Source: Bacteroidota bacterium (GTDB lineage Bacteria; Bacteroidota; Bacteroidia; B-17B0; Aurantibacillaceae). From it: a stretch of DNA of 64,000 bases. The notes below the pieces were generated by a model. It had not been told where the DNA came from and did no database searches. It saw only the letters and a list, made by a program, of their open reading frames with translations. Each line of letters opens with the position of its first letter. Positions within the stretch are counted from its first letter, which is position 1. Positions 36,799 to 47,464 of the stretch are shown in pieces. The stretch spans positions 15,610-79,609 of the forward strand of contig JANYBY010000119.1 of the NCBI GenBank assembly GCA_025360565.1. The letters run 5' to 3'. The translations under genes and the position numbers were made by a program.

Positions 36799-37992
36799 AT
36801 GCCTGAAACCGCCGATATACAACTGACTGAAAGCGAGCTCGAGAGATTTTATTCAAGCTATTTTTCGTATTACAATACTCTAATTAGCCCCCAGCGTACT
36901 ATTTTTGTTGGCAGGTGTTTAAAATTTATTGAATACAAAATAATTTCAGGCGCCGAAGGATTTGAAGTAAACAATAAAGTAAGGGCCATTATTGCGGCAA
37001 GCGCGGTGCAGCTTACGTTGGGGTTAGAGATCTGGGCTCTCAATTATTTTGACACTATTATCATTTATCCGAAGGAGTTTGACAATGTGCCGGGTGGCCA
37101 CATTCGTTTTAAAGGCGAAACAAATTTAAAAGGATATATACGTTTAAGTTGGCAAAGTTTTATTTCGGGTTACGCCATTGGTGATGATAATATTAATTTG
37201 GGATTACACGAATTTACGCACGCTTTAAGATTTAATCCCATAGCAGGCCATGAGCAGGATTATTTTATTGAACATTATTTCGAAGCCTGGATGGCCTCTG
37301 CCATTGAGCCTTTTAACGACATAAAACAAAATAGAAATACAATTTTCAGAAAATACGGAGGCGCAAACATAAACGAATTTTTAAGCGTTTGCATTGAGCA
37401 CTTTTTTGAATCGCCCGACGAAATTAAAGAACATTACCCTTTATTATATTACAGCACCGCCATTTTATTAAATCAACACAAAGAAAGTGGCGTTACAGAA
37501 ATTGGAGTAAGACAAAAATTATTTGAAGAAAAAAACGAATTACTAAAAGCCACAGCCGAACACGAAATGAGTACAAAATTTAAAAGAACATCAACCTTCG
37601 GCATGCTCTTAGTAACGCTTGTACCATTGGTTTATACCGCTTTTGTAACAGGTATTACAAGCGGCGCAGATCTTTTTTTGGTAGCTTTTGCATTTATGGT
37701 TTATTTACGATTTGATTTTTATTTTATTTCGGCGAACATAAAAAACAAACGCCTGTTTCTAACAAAGGGCTTTCTACTTTTTAAAAACCGTACAAAAATA
37801 AATATTCCCTTATCTCAACTGATCAGTTTAAGATTAAACAGCAACGAAGAGAACGATGCGGAATGCGAACTGATCTATTATAATGAAAAGGAAACGTATT
37901 TTTACAGCGAAACCATTCAATCGGATAAAAAACCGGAAAATGATTTTTTAAATGAGCTCATTTCCAACAAAATTGCGGTTTATCGCGGGTAA
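36799..37992 (+). CDS. MtfA-like (M90) zinc peptidase with C-terminal membrane extension
   Basis: 'NLGLHEFTH' zinc motif, 'YG..N..EF.SV..E.FFE.P'; hydrophobic pair near residues 270-305. Confidence 0.8.
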   Translation: MPETADIQLTESELERFYSSYFSYYNTLISPQRTIFVGRCLKFIEYKIISGAEGFEVNNKVRAIIAASAVQLTLGLEIWALNYFDTIIIYPKEFDNVPGGHIRFKGETNLKGYIRLSWQSFISGYAIGDDNINLGLHEFTHALRFNPIAGHEQDYFIEHYFEAWMASAIEPFNDIKQNRNTIFRKYGGANINEFLSVCIEHFFESPDEIKEHYPLLYYSTAILLNQHKESGVTEIGVRQKLFEEKNELLKATAEHEMSTKFKRTSTFGMLLVTLVPLVYTAFVTGITSGADLFLVAFAFMVYLRFDFYFISANIKNKRLFLTKGFLLFKNRTKINIPLSQLISLRLNSNEENDAECELIYYNEKETYFYSETIQSDKKPENDFLNELISNKIAVYRG

Positions 37993-38085
37993 AAATCACC
38001 TAATTTGATTAATTTTCTGCTTTGAAAATAACGGGGTAAACCCTAACTTAGGCTCTCTTTAAAATATATACGATAAAAATATTAT

Positions 38086-39375
38086 ATGAAATATCAGGCA
38101 ATTGACAGCGCGTTATTTATTGAAAACCGTAAAAAGTTTAAGAATAATTTAAAACCAAATTCCTTAGCCGTTTTTGTGAGTAATGATATTATGCCCACCA
38201 ATGCAGATGGTAGCATGGGCTTTAAGCAAAACAACGATCTGTTTTACTTGAGTGGTGTTGATCAGGAAGAAACTATGCTTGTTATTTTTCCGGATGTGAA
38301 AGACGGTAAACACAAAGAAATTTTATTTGTAAAAGAAACGAGCGAACTCATTGCCATTTGGGAAGGCGCCAAATTAAATAAAGAGCAGGCTACCAAAGTA
38401 AGTGGAATTGAGCATATTTATTGGATTAGCGAATTCGAAAAAATAATGCAGGGCTTTTTCTTTCAGGCAGAACATATTTATTTAAATAGTAACGAGCATG
38501 CCAGGTCATCGAATAAAACTGAAACAGCCGAAGTACGATTTAATAAAACAATTCAGGCAAAATACCCATTACATAAATACGAACGCAGCGCGCCAATAAT
38601 GCATAAAATTCGCGCTTTAAAAAGTACGCAGGAAATAGACCTGATTCAACAGGCTTGCGATATTACCGAAAAAGGTTTTAGAAGATTGCTTTCTTTTATT
38701 AAACCCGGTGTTTGGGAACATCAAATTGAAGCGGAATTAATTCATGAATTTTTGTGTAACCGTTCTGCCGGCTTTGCTTACGGCCCGATTGTAGCAAGCG
38801 GCCCAAGTGCCTGTGTATTGCACTATGTTGAAAATAATAGGGAGTGCAAAGCAGGCGATGTAATTTTATTGGATGTGGCTGCTGAATATGCGAACTACGC
38901 AAGTGATATGACGCGCTGTTTGCCCGTAAACGGAAAATTTACAAAAAGACAAAAAGAAGTTTACAATGCGGTACTTAAAGTAAAACGCGGCGCAACAAAA
39001 ATGTTACTGCCCGGACAAACATTTGAAAAGTACAACAAAGCAGTAGGTGAATTAATGACCGAAGAATTATTACAATTAGGATTGATAAAAACAGACGATG
39101 TAAAAAAGCAAAACCCAAATTGGCCGGCCTACAAAAAATATTTTATGCACGGCACCTCGCACTTTTTAGGATTAGATGTGCATGATCTTGGATTTTTTAC
39201 AGAGCCTATGCAAGCGGGAATGGTGTTTACCGTTGAGCCGGGAATATATATTCCACAAGAGGGGTTAGGCATTCGTTTAGAAAATAATGTGTTGATCACT
39301 ACTAAAGGCCAGCAGGATCTGATGAAAAATATTCCGATCGAGACCGATGAAATAGAAGCGTTGATGAATAAATAG
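38086..39375 (+). CDS. pepP: Xaa-Pro aminopeptidase (M24B)
   Basis: 'LLDVAAEYANYASD.TR', 'HGTSHFLGLDVHD', 'TVEPGIY', 'GIRLE'. Confidence 0.9.
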   Translation: MKYQAIDSALFIENRKKFKNNLKPNSLAVFVSNDIMPTNADGSMGFKQNNDLFYLSGVDQEETMLVIFPDVKDGKHKEILFVKETSELIAIWEGAKLNKEQATKVSGIEHIYWISEFEKIMQGFFFQAEHIYLNSNEHARSSNKTETAEVRFNKTIQAKYPLHKYERSAPIMHKIRALKSTQEIDLIQQACDITEKGFRRLLSFIKPGVWEHQIEAELIHEFLCNRSAGFAYGPIVASGPSACVLHYVENNRECKAGDVILLDVAAEYANYASDMTRCLPVNGKFTKRQKEVYNAVLKVKRGATKMLLPGQTFEKYNKAVGELMTEELLQLGLIKTDDVKKQNPNWPAYKKYFMHGTSHFLGLDVHDLGFFTEPMQAGMVFTVEPGIYIPQEGLGIRLENNVLITTKGQQDLMKNIPIETDEIEALMNK

Positions 39376-39413
39376 ATTTAAGAATTATGCAAATTCGTAA
39401 TTCGTAACCCGTT

Positions 39414-40211
39414 TTGGTTAAGGCTTGTCTCTATAAAAAATCGCCTGTTACTTTTTCCGACACAGGAAAGGGCAGGGTAGTAGTTTTATTACATGGATTT
39501 TTAGGCTCTCATAAAATTTGGGAAAAAACCAGTTTAGATCTTTCAAAATCGTACAGGGTAATTGCCATTGATCTGCCTGGGCACGGCGCAACGCCTTGTT
39601 ATGGTTACGCGCATAGTATGGATCTGATGGCAAAATGTGTTAAGGCGGTGATGGATCATTTACGTTTAAAAAAATTTGTGTTGGTTGGCCACAGCATGGG
39701 TGGTTACGCGGCTCTGGCCTTTGCAGATCTTTTTCCCGATTACTTAAACGGCTTATGTTTATATCACAGCAGCGCTTTACCGGATACGGCCGAAAAGAAA
39801 AAAGAACGATTGCGCGCAATAGCCGCGGTGAAGGCCAACAGGGGTGTGTACACAAAAAGCGCCATTAAAAATTTATTTGCCACAAAAAATTTAAAATATT
39901 TAATAGAAGAAATTTTGTTCGCGAATACAATTGCAAAAGGTACAACTAAACAAGGCATTATTGCCGCGCTGCATGGTATGAAGGACAGGCCGAACCGGGA
40001 AATTATTTTAAGCCTCGTTAAATATCCAATAATGATGGTGGTCGGGGAACTGGATAATATTTTACCTTACGAACAATTATTGGCCCAAGCCGAAAAAATA
40101 AAAAGAAAAACCGTTTTGTTTTTAGAGCACGACGGACATTTTGGATTTTTAGAATCGCCCCGCGAAAGCAACAAAGCTTTGAGAAAATTTTTGCGGAAGT
40201 GTTATAAGTGA
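39414..40211 (+). CDS. Alpha/beta hydrolase
   Basis: HGF oxyanion motif, GHSMGG nucleophile elbow, late D and H (GH). Confidence 0.9.
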   Translation: MVKACLYKKSPVTFSDTGKGRVVVLLHGFLGSHKIWEKTSLDLSKSYRVIAIDLPGHGATPCYGYAHSMDLMAKCVKAVMDHLRLKKFVLVGHSMGGYAALAFADLFPDYLNGLCLYHSSALPDTAEKKKERLRAIAAVKANRGVYTKSAIKNLFATKNLKYLIEEILFANTIAKGTTKQGIIAALHGMKDRPNREIILSLVKYPIMMVVGELDNILPYEQLLAQAEKIKRKTVLFLEHDGHFGFLESPRESNKALRKFLRKCYK

Positions 40212-40213
40212 TG

Positions 40214-40963
40214 TTACAAGGTAGAAAGCAGCTTTAAAAAAGCGTCCTTTTTGCGGGAAGCCAAAGGGATACTGGATTTATCGCGCATGATAATGGTGCC
40301 CCCGTCGGCTTTTTTGTAGGTTTCAAAATAATCAATATTAATTAAATGCGATTGATGCGTTCTGAAAAAATTGTATTGCTGAAGCATTTCATCGTACTCT
40401 TTTAAAATTTTAGTGGCTAAAAGTTTTCGCCCGTCAACCAAAATAAAACGCGTGTAATTCCCTTCCGACTCACAGCGAATAATATCTTTTACACTTACCG
40501 CGTGAATATGGTCGCTGCTTTTTAAAATTAATTTTTTTAATTCTTTAGTATGGCTCTGCATGTTGTTGTGCAGGGCATTCATATGTAAACTGATGTTTTT
40601 CTGCTCTAAAGTTTCTTCGGCTTTTTTAATTGCTGATGAAAGCTCTTCCCCATCCACGGGCTTTAAAATATAATCGAGCGCGCTAAACTTAAATGCCTGC
40701 ATGGCAAATTCCTGGTGGGCGGTAATAAAAATAACTTTAAAATTTATTTCATCTATTTTCGATAAGAGGTCAAACCCAGTACCGTCGGGCATTTGAACAT
40801 CTAAAAGAACAATATCCGGGTTATGCAATTCAATAGCTATAATTCCCGACTTAACTGAGTCAGCGCTGCCAACTATTTCAACATTTTTGCAACTTGCTAA
40901 AAGGGTATTTGCAATTACCTCTCTTGCGTTAAGCTCATCATCTATAATAACTACTTTTAACAT
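40214..40963 (-). CDS. LytTR-family response regulator
   Basis: Receiver domain (IIDDE, LDVQMP, ITAH, YILKP) plus LytTR domain 'FFRTHQSHLIN'. Confidence 0.95.
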   Translation of the reverse strand: MLKVVIIDDELNAREVIANTLLASCKNVEIVGSADSVKSGIIAIELHNPDIVLLDVQMPDGTGFDLLSKIDEINFKVIFITAHQEFAMQAFKFSALDYILKPVDGEELSSAIKKAEETLEQKNISLHMNALHNNMQSHTKELKKLILKSSDHIHAVSVKDIIRCESEGNYTRFILVDGRKLLATKILKEYDEMLQQYNFFRTHQSHLINIDYFETYKKADGGTIIMRDKSSIPLASRKKDAFLKLLSTL

Positions 40964-41158
40964 TTCGCGGTTAAATTAAGAATAATTTTTTATACCAAAG
41001 TGAATTATATTTTAGACTTAAAATACGCGGTTATTTTTTGGTTAGGCAATGAAAAAAAGCTTTGCATAGTACCGACTATGGAAAGATTTTTTGAAGCCGT
41101 ATAAGCAAAAAAGAACGAGTAGTTTGGGCTAAAATATATTTCACTTCGGTATTAATCT

Positions 41159-43135
41159 TCAGGCTTCGGGCATAGTAATGCATACTTGTGTACCTCTTGA
41201 AAGCCCTTTTTCATTTTTGAGGTCGGCTATTTTGAGTAAAAATTTTTGTTTGGACTTTTTGTTTAGGATCATTAAACGCTCTTCGGTAATTGTGGTTGCA
41301 AGAGAGGTGTGTTTTTTGCCATGTTGTGCCTTGAGTTTCGCGGCGTTCTCAATTCCTATTCCATTATCTTCTACTATCATTTCTATCATTTTATCTTTTT
41401 GAATAAATTTTAAAACAATATTCCCTTTTCCGTCCTGTTTGTTCATAATGCCATGTTCAATGGCGTTTTCAATAAAGGGCTGCGATAACATGGGCGGAAT
41501 AGAAACAGATTCAACATCAATATTCGGATCGACCTCAATGCTAAAATCAAATTTTTCGTGAAACCGTAATTGCTGTAGTTCCAAATAATATTTAAGAGTG
41601 TCTAATTCTTTTTCAACGGAAACGTATTCGTTTCGGGAATTTTCGAGGATCATGCGCATGAGTTTTGCAAAACTCGAAATGTATTTGGCAACCTCAGCGG
41701 GCTCATGCTTGTAAACGTAATTTTGAATAGCGATCAATGAATTAAAAATAAAATGCGGGTTCATTTGCGAGCGGAATAATTTTTGCTCCACTTCCATTTT
41801 TGTTTGAACGGCCTTTAATTTATTTTGCTGTGCCAATAAAAAGGCAGCTATTAAAATTAAAAGAACAAAACTTGCAAGGCCAAAGATCAAGTACCAGTTC
41901 CGGCTTATTTCCAACTGCTGAATTTTATTTTGCTGGGTGAGTAGTTGAGATCGCTGGGTTAACTTATCAATTTCTTTTTCTTTTTTTTCGGTTTCGTATT
42001 TGGTTTGCATTTCGGTGAGCTGTTTATTTTTATTTAAAGTAAAAAGTGAATCATTTAGAGTTGTTTTTAATTTATGAAACTCCAACGCTTTTTTAAAATC
42101 GCCATTCTTTTCATGGATAATGGAATAGAGTCCGTAACCAAATAACACAAGTTCGGTTGCTTCAGTTTCCTTTGCAAATAGAAAGCCTTTGTTTAAAGCG
42201 TCCATTGCCTTGGTGTAGTTATTTGAATCAATATAGGTAACCGCAATACCAAGGTAATCATCGGCTAAACTATATTTATTTTGTATTTTTTCATGAATCT
42301 CAATAGCTTTAAAATAATACTTTACCGCCAGGCTGTATTTTTTTTTGAATGAGTAGGCGCTCGCAATATTATTGTAGCTAAAGCCTTTTCCAACTGTATC
42401 GTGAAGCTTTTCTCTTACATCTAATGCTAAAAAACAATTGCGTAATTGGTTATCTACATCATCTAGAGAAAAGTAGGCTTCAGAAATATTCTCATAAATT
42501 ACTATCATTGAAACGCTGTCATTTAAAACCTTAAACATTTCCAAGGCCTTAGTAAAATTTTGCAGAGCGGGCGAAAAACTCTTTAATGACATTTGGGTAA
42601 CCCCAATGGTACAATGGTCGGCGGCAATATTTTTGTTATTCCCGGTTTTTTCATCAATTTTTAAAGCTTGCAAAGCGTAGTCAAGAGCTTTTGTAAAATC
42701 ACCAAGAGTATTGTAAACAGAACTTAAATTACATAAGCACATGGACAACATAGTTGTTTTTTTCAGGGTTTTCGCAACTTTAAGCGCTTCGTTATGCCAC
42801 TTTAAAGCCTCATAGTTTTTACCAAGATCTATACTATTAAAAGCTTTTCGATTATAGTTTGCTGCGATATTATAATTGATCCTTTCAATTCTTTTTTCGT
42901 CTTTAATAGATTTGGCAATTTCTAATGCTTCCCGATATAACACTAATCCCTTGTCGGGATCGGTTTTGGAAATTTTTAACGCCTGCGTAATAAGAATTTT
43001 AATTTTAACAGTATCCGCTTTAGCAATTTTGAGTTCGCTGTTCAGATTTTCGAGATTGTTATTTTGGCAAAAGGCCGCGAAAGAAAACAGGAATAAAAAA
43101 TAAGCAAGTGCTTTTTTCATATCTAGGATAGTCAC
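41159..43135 (-). CDS. TPR-sensor histidine kinase 1 (LytS/His_kinase type)
   Basis: Signal peptide, TPRs, single TM, 'RSQMNPHFIFNSL' H-box, 'QPFIENAIEHG', 'DNGIG'. Confidence 0.93.
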   Translation of the reverse strand: MTILDMKKALAYFLFLFSFAAFCQNNNLENLNSELKIAKADTVKIKILITQALKISKTDPDKGLVLYREALEIAKSIKDEKRIERINYNIAANYNRKAFNSIDLGKNYEALKWHNEALKVAKTLKKTTMLSMCLCNLSSVYNTLGDFTKALDYALQALKIDEKTGNNKNIAADHCTIGVTQMSLKSFSPALQNFTKALEMFKVLNDSVSMIVIYENISEAYFSLDDVDNQLRNCFLALDVREKLHDTVGKGFSYNNIASAYSFKKKYSLAVKYYFKAIEIHEKIQNKYSLADDYLGIAVTYIDSNNYTKAMDALNKGFLFAKETEATELVLFGYGLYSIIHEKNGDFKKALEFHKLKTTLNDSLFTLNKNKQLTEMQTKYETEKKEKEIDKLTQRSQLLTQQNKIQQLEISRNWYLIFGLASFVLLILIAAFLLAQQNKLKAVQTKMEVEQKLFRSQMNPHFIFNSLIAIQNYVYKHEPAEVAKYISSFAKLMRMILENSRNEYVSVEKELDTLKYYLELQQLRFHEKFDFSIEVDPNIDVESVSIPPMLSQPFIENAIEHGIMNKQDGKGNIVLKFIQKDKMIEMIVEDNGIGIENAAKLKAQHGKKHTSLATTITEERLMILNKKSKQKFLLKIADLKNEKGLSRGTQVCITMPEA

Positions 43136-43211
43136 AAGTTAATAAAAATATGGGAAATCGTAAAGAAGAAGAAAAAATATAGAGCATCAAAAATTCTCAT
43201 TGTTTTTAAAT

Positions 43212-45152
43212 TTATAATTCAGGCATGCTTATTCGAACTTCAGTGCCTGCGGCAATGCCATCGGCGTTTTTTAAGTCTATAATTTCCAGAGTAAATTTTT
43301 GCTTATTTTGTTTGTTTAAAATAAATAATCTTTCTTCTGTAATTTTGGTTGCTAAGGACTGGTGTTTTTTTTCCCTTAACATTTTGTTGTTTGCGGCACT
43401 TTCTCTTCCTATTCCATTATCTCTTATTAGCATGTCAATTATGTTTTTTTTCTGAACGAATGTAATTGAAATAGCGCCATTTTCATCCGGTTTATTCATA
43501 ATGCCATGTTCTATCGCGTTTTCTACAAAAGGTTGAGAAAACATAGGTGGAATTAATATGGATTCGATATCAATTAATGGATCAACTTTAATTGTAAAGT
43601 CAAATTTATTGGGGAATCGTAATTGCTGTAGCTTCATGTAACATGTAAGGAAGGTGAGTTCATTTTCAATGGTAACAGATTCTTTTCTTGAATTTTCAAG
43701 GGTCATGCGCATCAATTTGGCGAAGCTTGAAATATAATCGGCAACTTCGGAGGGTTGGTGTTTATAAACGTAGTTTTGTATGGCGATTAAAGAATTAAAA
43801 ATAAAATGTGGATTCATTTGCGAGCGAAATAATTTTTGCTCTACTTCCATTTTTGTATGGCTGGCCTTTAATTTATTTTGCTGTGCCAATAAAAAGGCAA
43901 CTATTAAAATTAAAAGAACAAAACTGCCAAGACCCAGGATCAAATACCAATTGCGGCTTATTTCCAGCTGCTGAATTTTATTTTGCTGAGTCAGTATTTG
44001 GGATCGCTGAGTTAATTTAGTGATCTCTTCTTCTTTCTTTGTGGTTTCATATTTGGTTTGCATTTCAACGATCTGTTTATTTTTATCCTCGTTAAACAAA
44101 GTATCATTCAGCATAGCATAAAGTTTTTGATACTCAAAAGCTTTTTTATAATTCCCTTTTTTCTCAAATATATCTACATAAAAACTATAGCAGGTACAAA
44201 CTCGCCGTCTATCTTCCATTTCTCTTGCAATTTTAAGAGCTTGATCAACATTCAAAAGCGCACTATTCAAATCGCCGGTTTCAAAATTAACATTTGCCAC
44301 ATTTGTAAACGCTCCGGCTAAACCCAATAGTTCCTTAGCTTTTATAAAAATGTTCAATGCATTGGTGTAATACTTCAGGGCAGAATCAAAACTTTTTCTT
44401 TTATAAAAAGCATCTCCAATTGTCAAATACGTATAGCCAATACCGATCGTATCGTGAATCATTTCTTTTATTTGCAGCGACATTTGAGCATTTTCCAGTA
44501 GTTCCGGAATCTTGTTTTGCATACTGTATACTGAAGAAATGTTGTCGTATGTGGAGGCAATACGAACACTATCTTTTAATTTTATGAATAATTGTAAGGA
44601 ACTTTTAAAGTTTTTTAAACTAAGCTCATAATTGTTTAATATAAGATGTATTGCTCCAATAGTATTGTAAGCATTAGCAGTTTCAATAATATTTCCAAGC
44701 TTTTCAGATAGTTTAAGCGCCTTCAATGCGTATGCAAGAGAAAGCGGGTAATTTTGTAAATAAAAATAAACAGTAGCCACATCACTCAAGCAAATGGAAA
44801 TAAGCGCTTCCTTGTTAATACGTTTAGCAAGACTTAACGCTTCCAGATCATGAGTTAACGCTTGAGAGTAATTGTTAAGATCACAATAAGCAACCGCAAG
44901 TTGGGTATTTATTTTGCTCATCTTCTCAATATTGTTGGACGATTCAGCCATTGACAATGCTTCTTTAAAGAGGGAGATGGCTTTTTTCGGATCAGAAGCT
45001 AATTCCTTTTGCGCATTTTTGAAAAATATATTTATTTTAACGGTATCAGAAGTGGCAATTTTAAGATCGCTATTCAGTTTTTGAAGTGCACTATTTTGGC
45101 AAAAAAATATTTGGATGGACAATAAAAAATAGAAGAGCGCTACCTTTTTCAT
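43212..45152 (-). CDS. TPR-sensor histidine kinase 2 (tandem paralogue)
   Basis: Same architecture and motifs as kinase 1. Confidence 0.93.
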   Translation of the reverse strand: MKKVALFYFLLSIQIFFCQNSALQKLNSDLKIATSDTVKINIFFKNAQKELASDPKKAISLFKEALSMAESSNNIEKMSKINTQLAVAYCDLNNYSQALTHDLEALSLAKRINKEALISICLSDVATVYFYLQNYPLSLAYALKALKLSEKLGNIIETANAYNTIGAIHLILNNYELSLKNFKSSLQLFIKLKDSVRIASTYDNISSVYSMQNKIPELLENAQMSLQIKEMIHDTIGIGYTYLTIGDAFYKRKSFDSALKYYTNALNIFIKAKELLGLAGAFTNVANVNFETGDLNSALLNVDQALKIAREMEDRRRVCTCYSFYVDIFEKKGNYKKAFEYQKLYAMLNDTLFNEDKNKQIVEMQTKYETTKKEEEITKLTQRSQILTQQNKIQQLEISRNWYLILGLGSFVLLILIVAFLLAQQNKLKASHTKMEVEQKLFRSQMNPHFIFNSLIAIQNYVYKHQPSEVADYISSFAKLMRMTLENSRKESVTIENELTFLTCYMKLQQLRFPNKFDFTIKVDPLIDIESILIPPMFSQPFVENAIEHGIMNKPDENGAISITFVQKKNIIDMLIRDNGIGRESAANNKMLREKKHQSLATKITEERLFILNKQNKQKFTLEIIDLKNADGIAAGTEVRISMPEL

Positions 45153-45196
45153 AGAAAGAATAAGACAAGTTAGGGAGTTTTTAGCACATACAAAAA

Positions 45197-45583
45197 TTAA
45201 TGATTTACCCTTTGGTAATGATAATCAATATGCACCGGACTAAACACAAATTTATAAGCCAAACGGGTTTCGGTTAAAGTATCAATATGTGCTTTAAGAT
45301 TGTTTTTAGTGCCGTCAATATTAAACCAAAATATGGTATCGCCAACAATTTTGTATTTATACCTATAAACAATTGAATTTGGCCCACCTTCAATAACTAT
45401 GCCGCTTTTTAAAAACTGTGATTCAGTATTTTCAGGTGGTTTTGTTATACCCTTCGAAGTGGTAATTGTTCCGACCCCCTTCCATCTACCAATTATTTTT
45501 TTCGAATTATCGTCGCCCTTGTAATAACAATTAATTAAAGTTAATACAAGTACGATCTTAAAACCGGCTTTCAATAAAAACAT
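45197..45583 (-). CDS. Small exported hypothetical protein (lipocalin-like)
   Basis: Hydrophobic N-terminus with Cys, 'IIGRWK', 'Y.I.GDTI', 'I.TLTE..L' pattern. Confidence 0.55.
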   Translation of the reverse strand: MFLLKAGFKIVLVLTLINCYYKGDDNSKKIIGRWKGVGTITTSKGITKPPENTESQFLKSGIVIEGGPNSIVYRYKYKIVGDTIFWFNIDGTKNNLKAHIDTLTETRLAYKFVFSPVHIDYHYQRVNH

Positions 45584-45602
45584 AAAATTATTTTTATAAT
45601 TT

Positions 45603-45640
45603 AAAAACGAAAAGCCCTTCGTTTTTGCGAAAGGCTTTTC
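45603..45640 (-). terminator. Intrinsic terminator after the FG-GAP gene
   Basis: 13-bp stem GAAAAGCCTTTCG / CGAAGGGCTTTTC followed by GTTTTT on the - strand. Confidence 0.75.
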
Positions 45641-45680
45641 TTGTTAATTGTACTTTTAGGCTCTACATACCTAACTGCAC

Positions 45681-47291
45681 TTATTCAACATGAATTATTT
45701 TTTGAGTATAAGTAACCCCGTTTACAATGGATACTAAAAAATAGACCCCTTTACTTTCAACATTTAAGTTGTAAGAATAAGTACCGCTGTCTAAATTTTT
45801 ATTTTCGGTCTTATTAATTAATTGCCCTAAAGAATTAAATAAATTCAATTGAACATTGCAGTTTGAATTTAGCTGAAGTTTTATAGTTGCATGATCAACA
45901 AATGGATTTGGGTAAACTACAATTTCAGCGTTTTTTATTTCTTGTGCATAAATAGCCGTGACTGAGCAAACAGTAACGCTTTGCACAACCATGGTTGCTC
46001 CTTGGCAACCAGTGCCATCACTTCCTGTAACAGTATAAGTTGTGGTAACTGTTGGGCTAATTGCTATTGATGCATTATTAGAAGCGTTGCTCCATGTATA
46101 AGTTGTTGCGCCACCCGCAGTAATTGTTGCTGTTGAGCCCGAACACAACAAGGTTGAAGTTGAACTTGCAGTTACGGTTGGCGCGCTATTAATAAGTATA
46201 GATACGTTAGCGTTTGCCTGATTTGCTGCTACAACATCGGGCTTACCATCATTATTAAAATCACAAATAGATAACCAAGTTGGTGCACCTCCAATTGTAA
46301 AACTGTTTACCGAACCAAAACCTCCTGCGCCATTACCCAAAAAGGTCTGAAGAGAATTGTTTCCGGCAGAAACTACCGCTACATCCTTTTTTCCATCCGA
46401 ATTAAAATCGCCAATGGCCATTCCTCTGGGCGCTCCGGCTGTTACTAAACTTGTGGTAGGTACAAAACTTCCGTTACCGGTACCTAATAATATTGAGATG
46501 CTGTTAGCGCCATTATTGGTTACACTAAGATCGGGTTTACCATCCGAATTAAAATCACCGCATGCAATGCCGCGCGGATTTGTGCTCACCGTAATAGTAC
46601 AGAAGGTGGAGAAAGTGCCTGTTCCCGATCCCAATAAAACAGAAACGTCGGCGCTGTTGTAATTAGCAGTTGCCAAATCCGATTTTCCGTCCGAATTAAA
46701 ATCTCCAACCGCCACTGCATAAGGACTTGTTCCTGTAGAATAGTTAACTGCAGTTAAAAAACTTCCTGTTCCGGTTCCAATTAAAACGGATACAGTCATA
46801 GTACTTCCGTTTGTTGCAACCAGATCCACTTTACCATCTCCATTAAAATCACCTGAGGCAATAGACTGTGGCACTACACCTACAGTAAAATTAGTTACTG
46901 CACCAAATCCACCAATGCCGTTACCAAGTAATACCGCAATTAATGATGCGCTTGCAGGCGCTAAATTGGTTATGGCCAAATCAAGTTTACTGTCTCCATT
47001 AAAATCGGCATTAATTATACCACAAGGCTGTGTGCCCGCTGTAAAAGTTGTAGCTGGCATAAAACTGCCGGTACCGGTGCCTAATAATATACTTACATTG
47101 TTTTGTGCCTGACTGGTTACGGCAACATCTTGTTTTCCGTCGCCGTTAAAATCACCACACGTAGTTCCAAGCGGACTTATGCCGGTTGAAAAAGTTGTTT
47201 GGGGTAAAAAACATATCCCCTGGGCCTTTAGGCTGGTTGCTGAGAACGTACCTAAAAAGGCGATTGCGATCAATTGTAATTGTATTTTCAT
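45681..47291 (-). CDS. FG-GAP seven-repeat protein with T9SS type A CTD
   Basis: Seven (G)DFN(G/S/N)DG/SK.D repeats, Thr-rich Ig-like segment, CTD 'VYPNPF...NSLGQ...GVYF'. Confidence 0.92.
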   Translation of the reverse strand: MKIQLQLIAIAFLGTFSATSLKAQGICFLPQTTFSTGISPLGTTCGDFNGDGKQDVAVTSQAQNNVSILLGTGTGSFMPATTFTAGTQPCGIINADFNGDSKLDLAITNLAPASASLIAVLLGNGIGGFGAVTNFTVGVVPQSIASGDFNGDGKVDLVATNGSTMTVSVLIGTGTGSFLTAVNYSTGTSPYAVAVGDFNSDGKSDLATANYNSADVSVLLGSGTGTFSTFCTITVSTNPRGIACGDFNSDGKPDLSVTNNGANSISILLGTGNGSFVPTTSLVTAGAPRGMAIGDFNSDGKKDVAVVSAGNNSLQTFLGNGAGGFGSVNSFTIGGAPTWLSICDFNNDGKPDVVAANQANANVSILINSAPTVTASSTSTLLCSGSTATITAGGATTYTWSNASNNASIAISPTVTTTYTVTGSDGTGCQGATMVVQSVTVCSVTAIYAQEIKNAEIVVYPNPFVDHATIKLQLNSNCNVQLNLFNSLGQLINKTENKNLDSGTYSYNLNVESKGVYFLVSIVNGVTYTQKIIHVE

Positions 47292-47322
47292 TTTTTTAAG
47301 TTTTAATTATTATTTATACAAC

Positions 47323-47411
47323 CAAAATTATGCCATTCTACAGGGTTACAAGGGTATAATAAATATTCGCCTAGGATAATTAAATATTCGTGGTCAGGTA
47401 TAAGGAATTCG
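47323..47411 (-). promoter_or_regulatory. Promoter A: three 21-bp-period direct repeats plus -7 box
   Basis: - strand units start at 47411 CGAATTCCTTAT, 47390 CGAATATTTAAT and 47369 CGAATATTTATT; TAATTTTG at 47330-47323. Confidence 0.8.
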
Positions 47412-47464
47412 TTATTGCATTTATTTACTCGTCCCTTAAAAAATATTTTTAAAATTTATTTTAT

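Noticed and set aside
39388-39406. AATTCGT tandem (AATTCGTAATTCGTAA)
   Set aside because: Only two units, too short to support a call.
41061-41125. LytTR autoregulatory repeats between kinase 1 and the regulator
   Set aside because: CG-containing motifs are spaced 25 and 18 bp, not 21, and do not match the consensus. Only a 6-bp palindrome (CATAGT-ACCG-ACTATG) is present.
47349-47411. 21-bp periodic repeats as a mini-CRISPR or iteron array
   Set aside because: The units are contiguous, degenerate and have no spacers, there are no cas or rep genes, and their position is fixed relative to -7 boxes.
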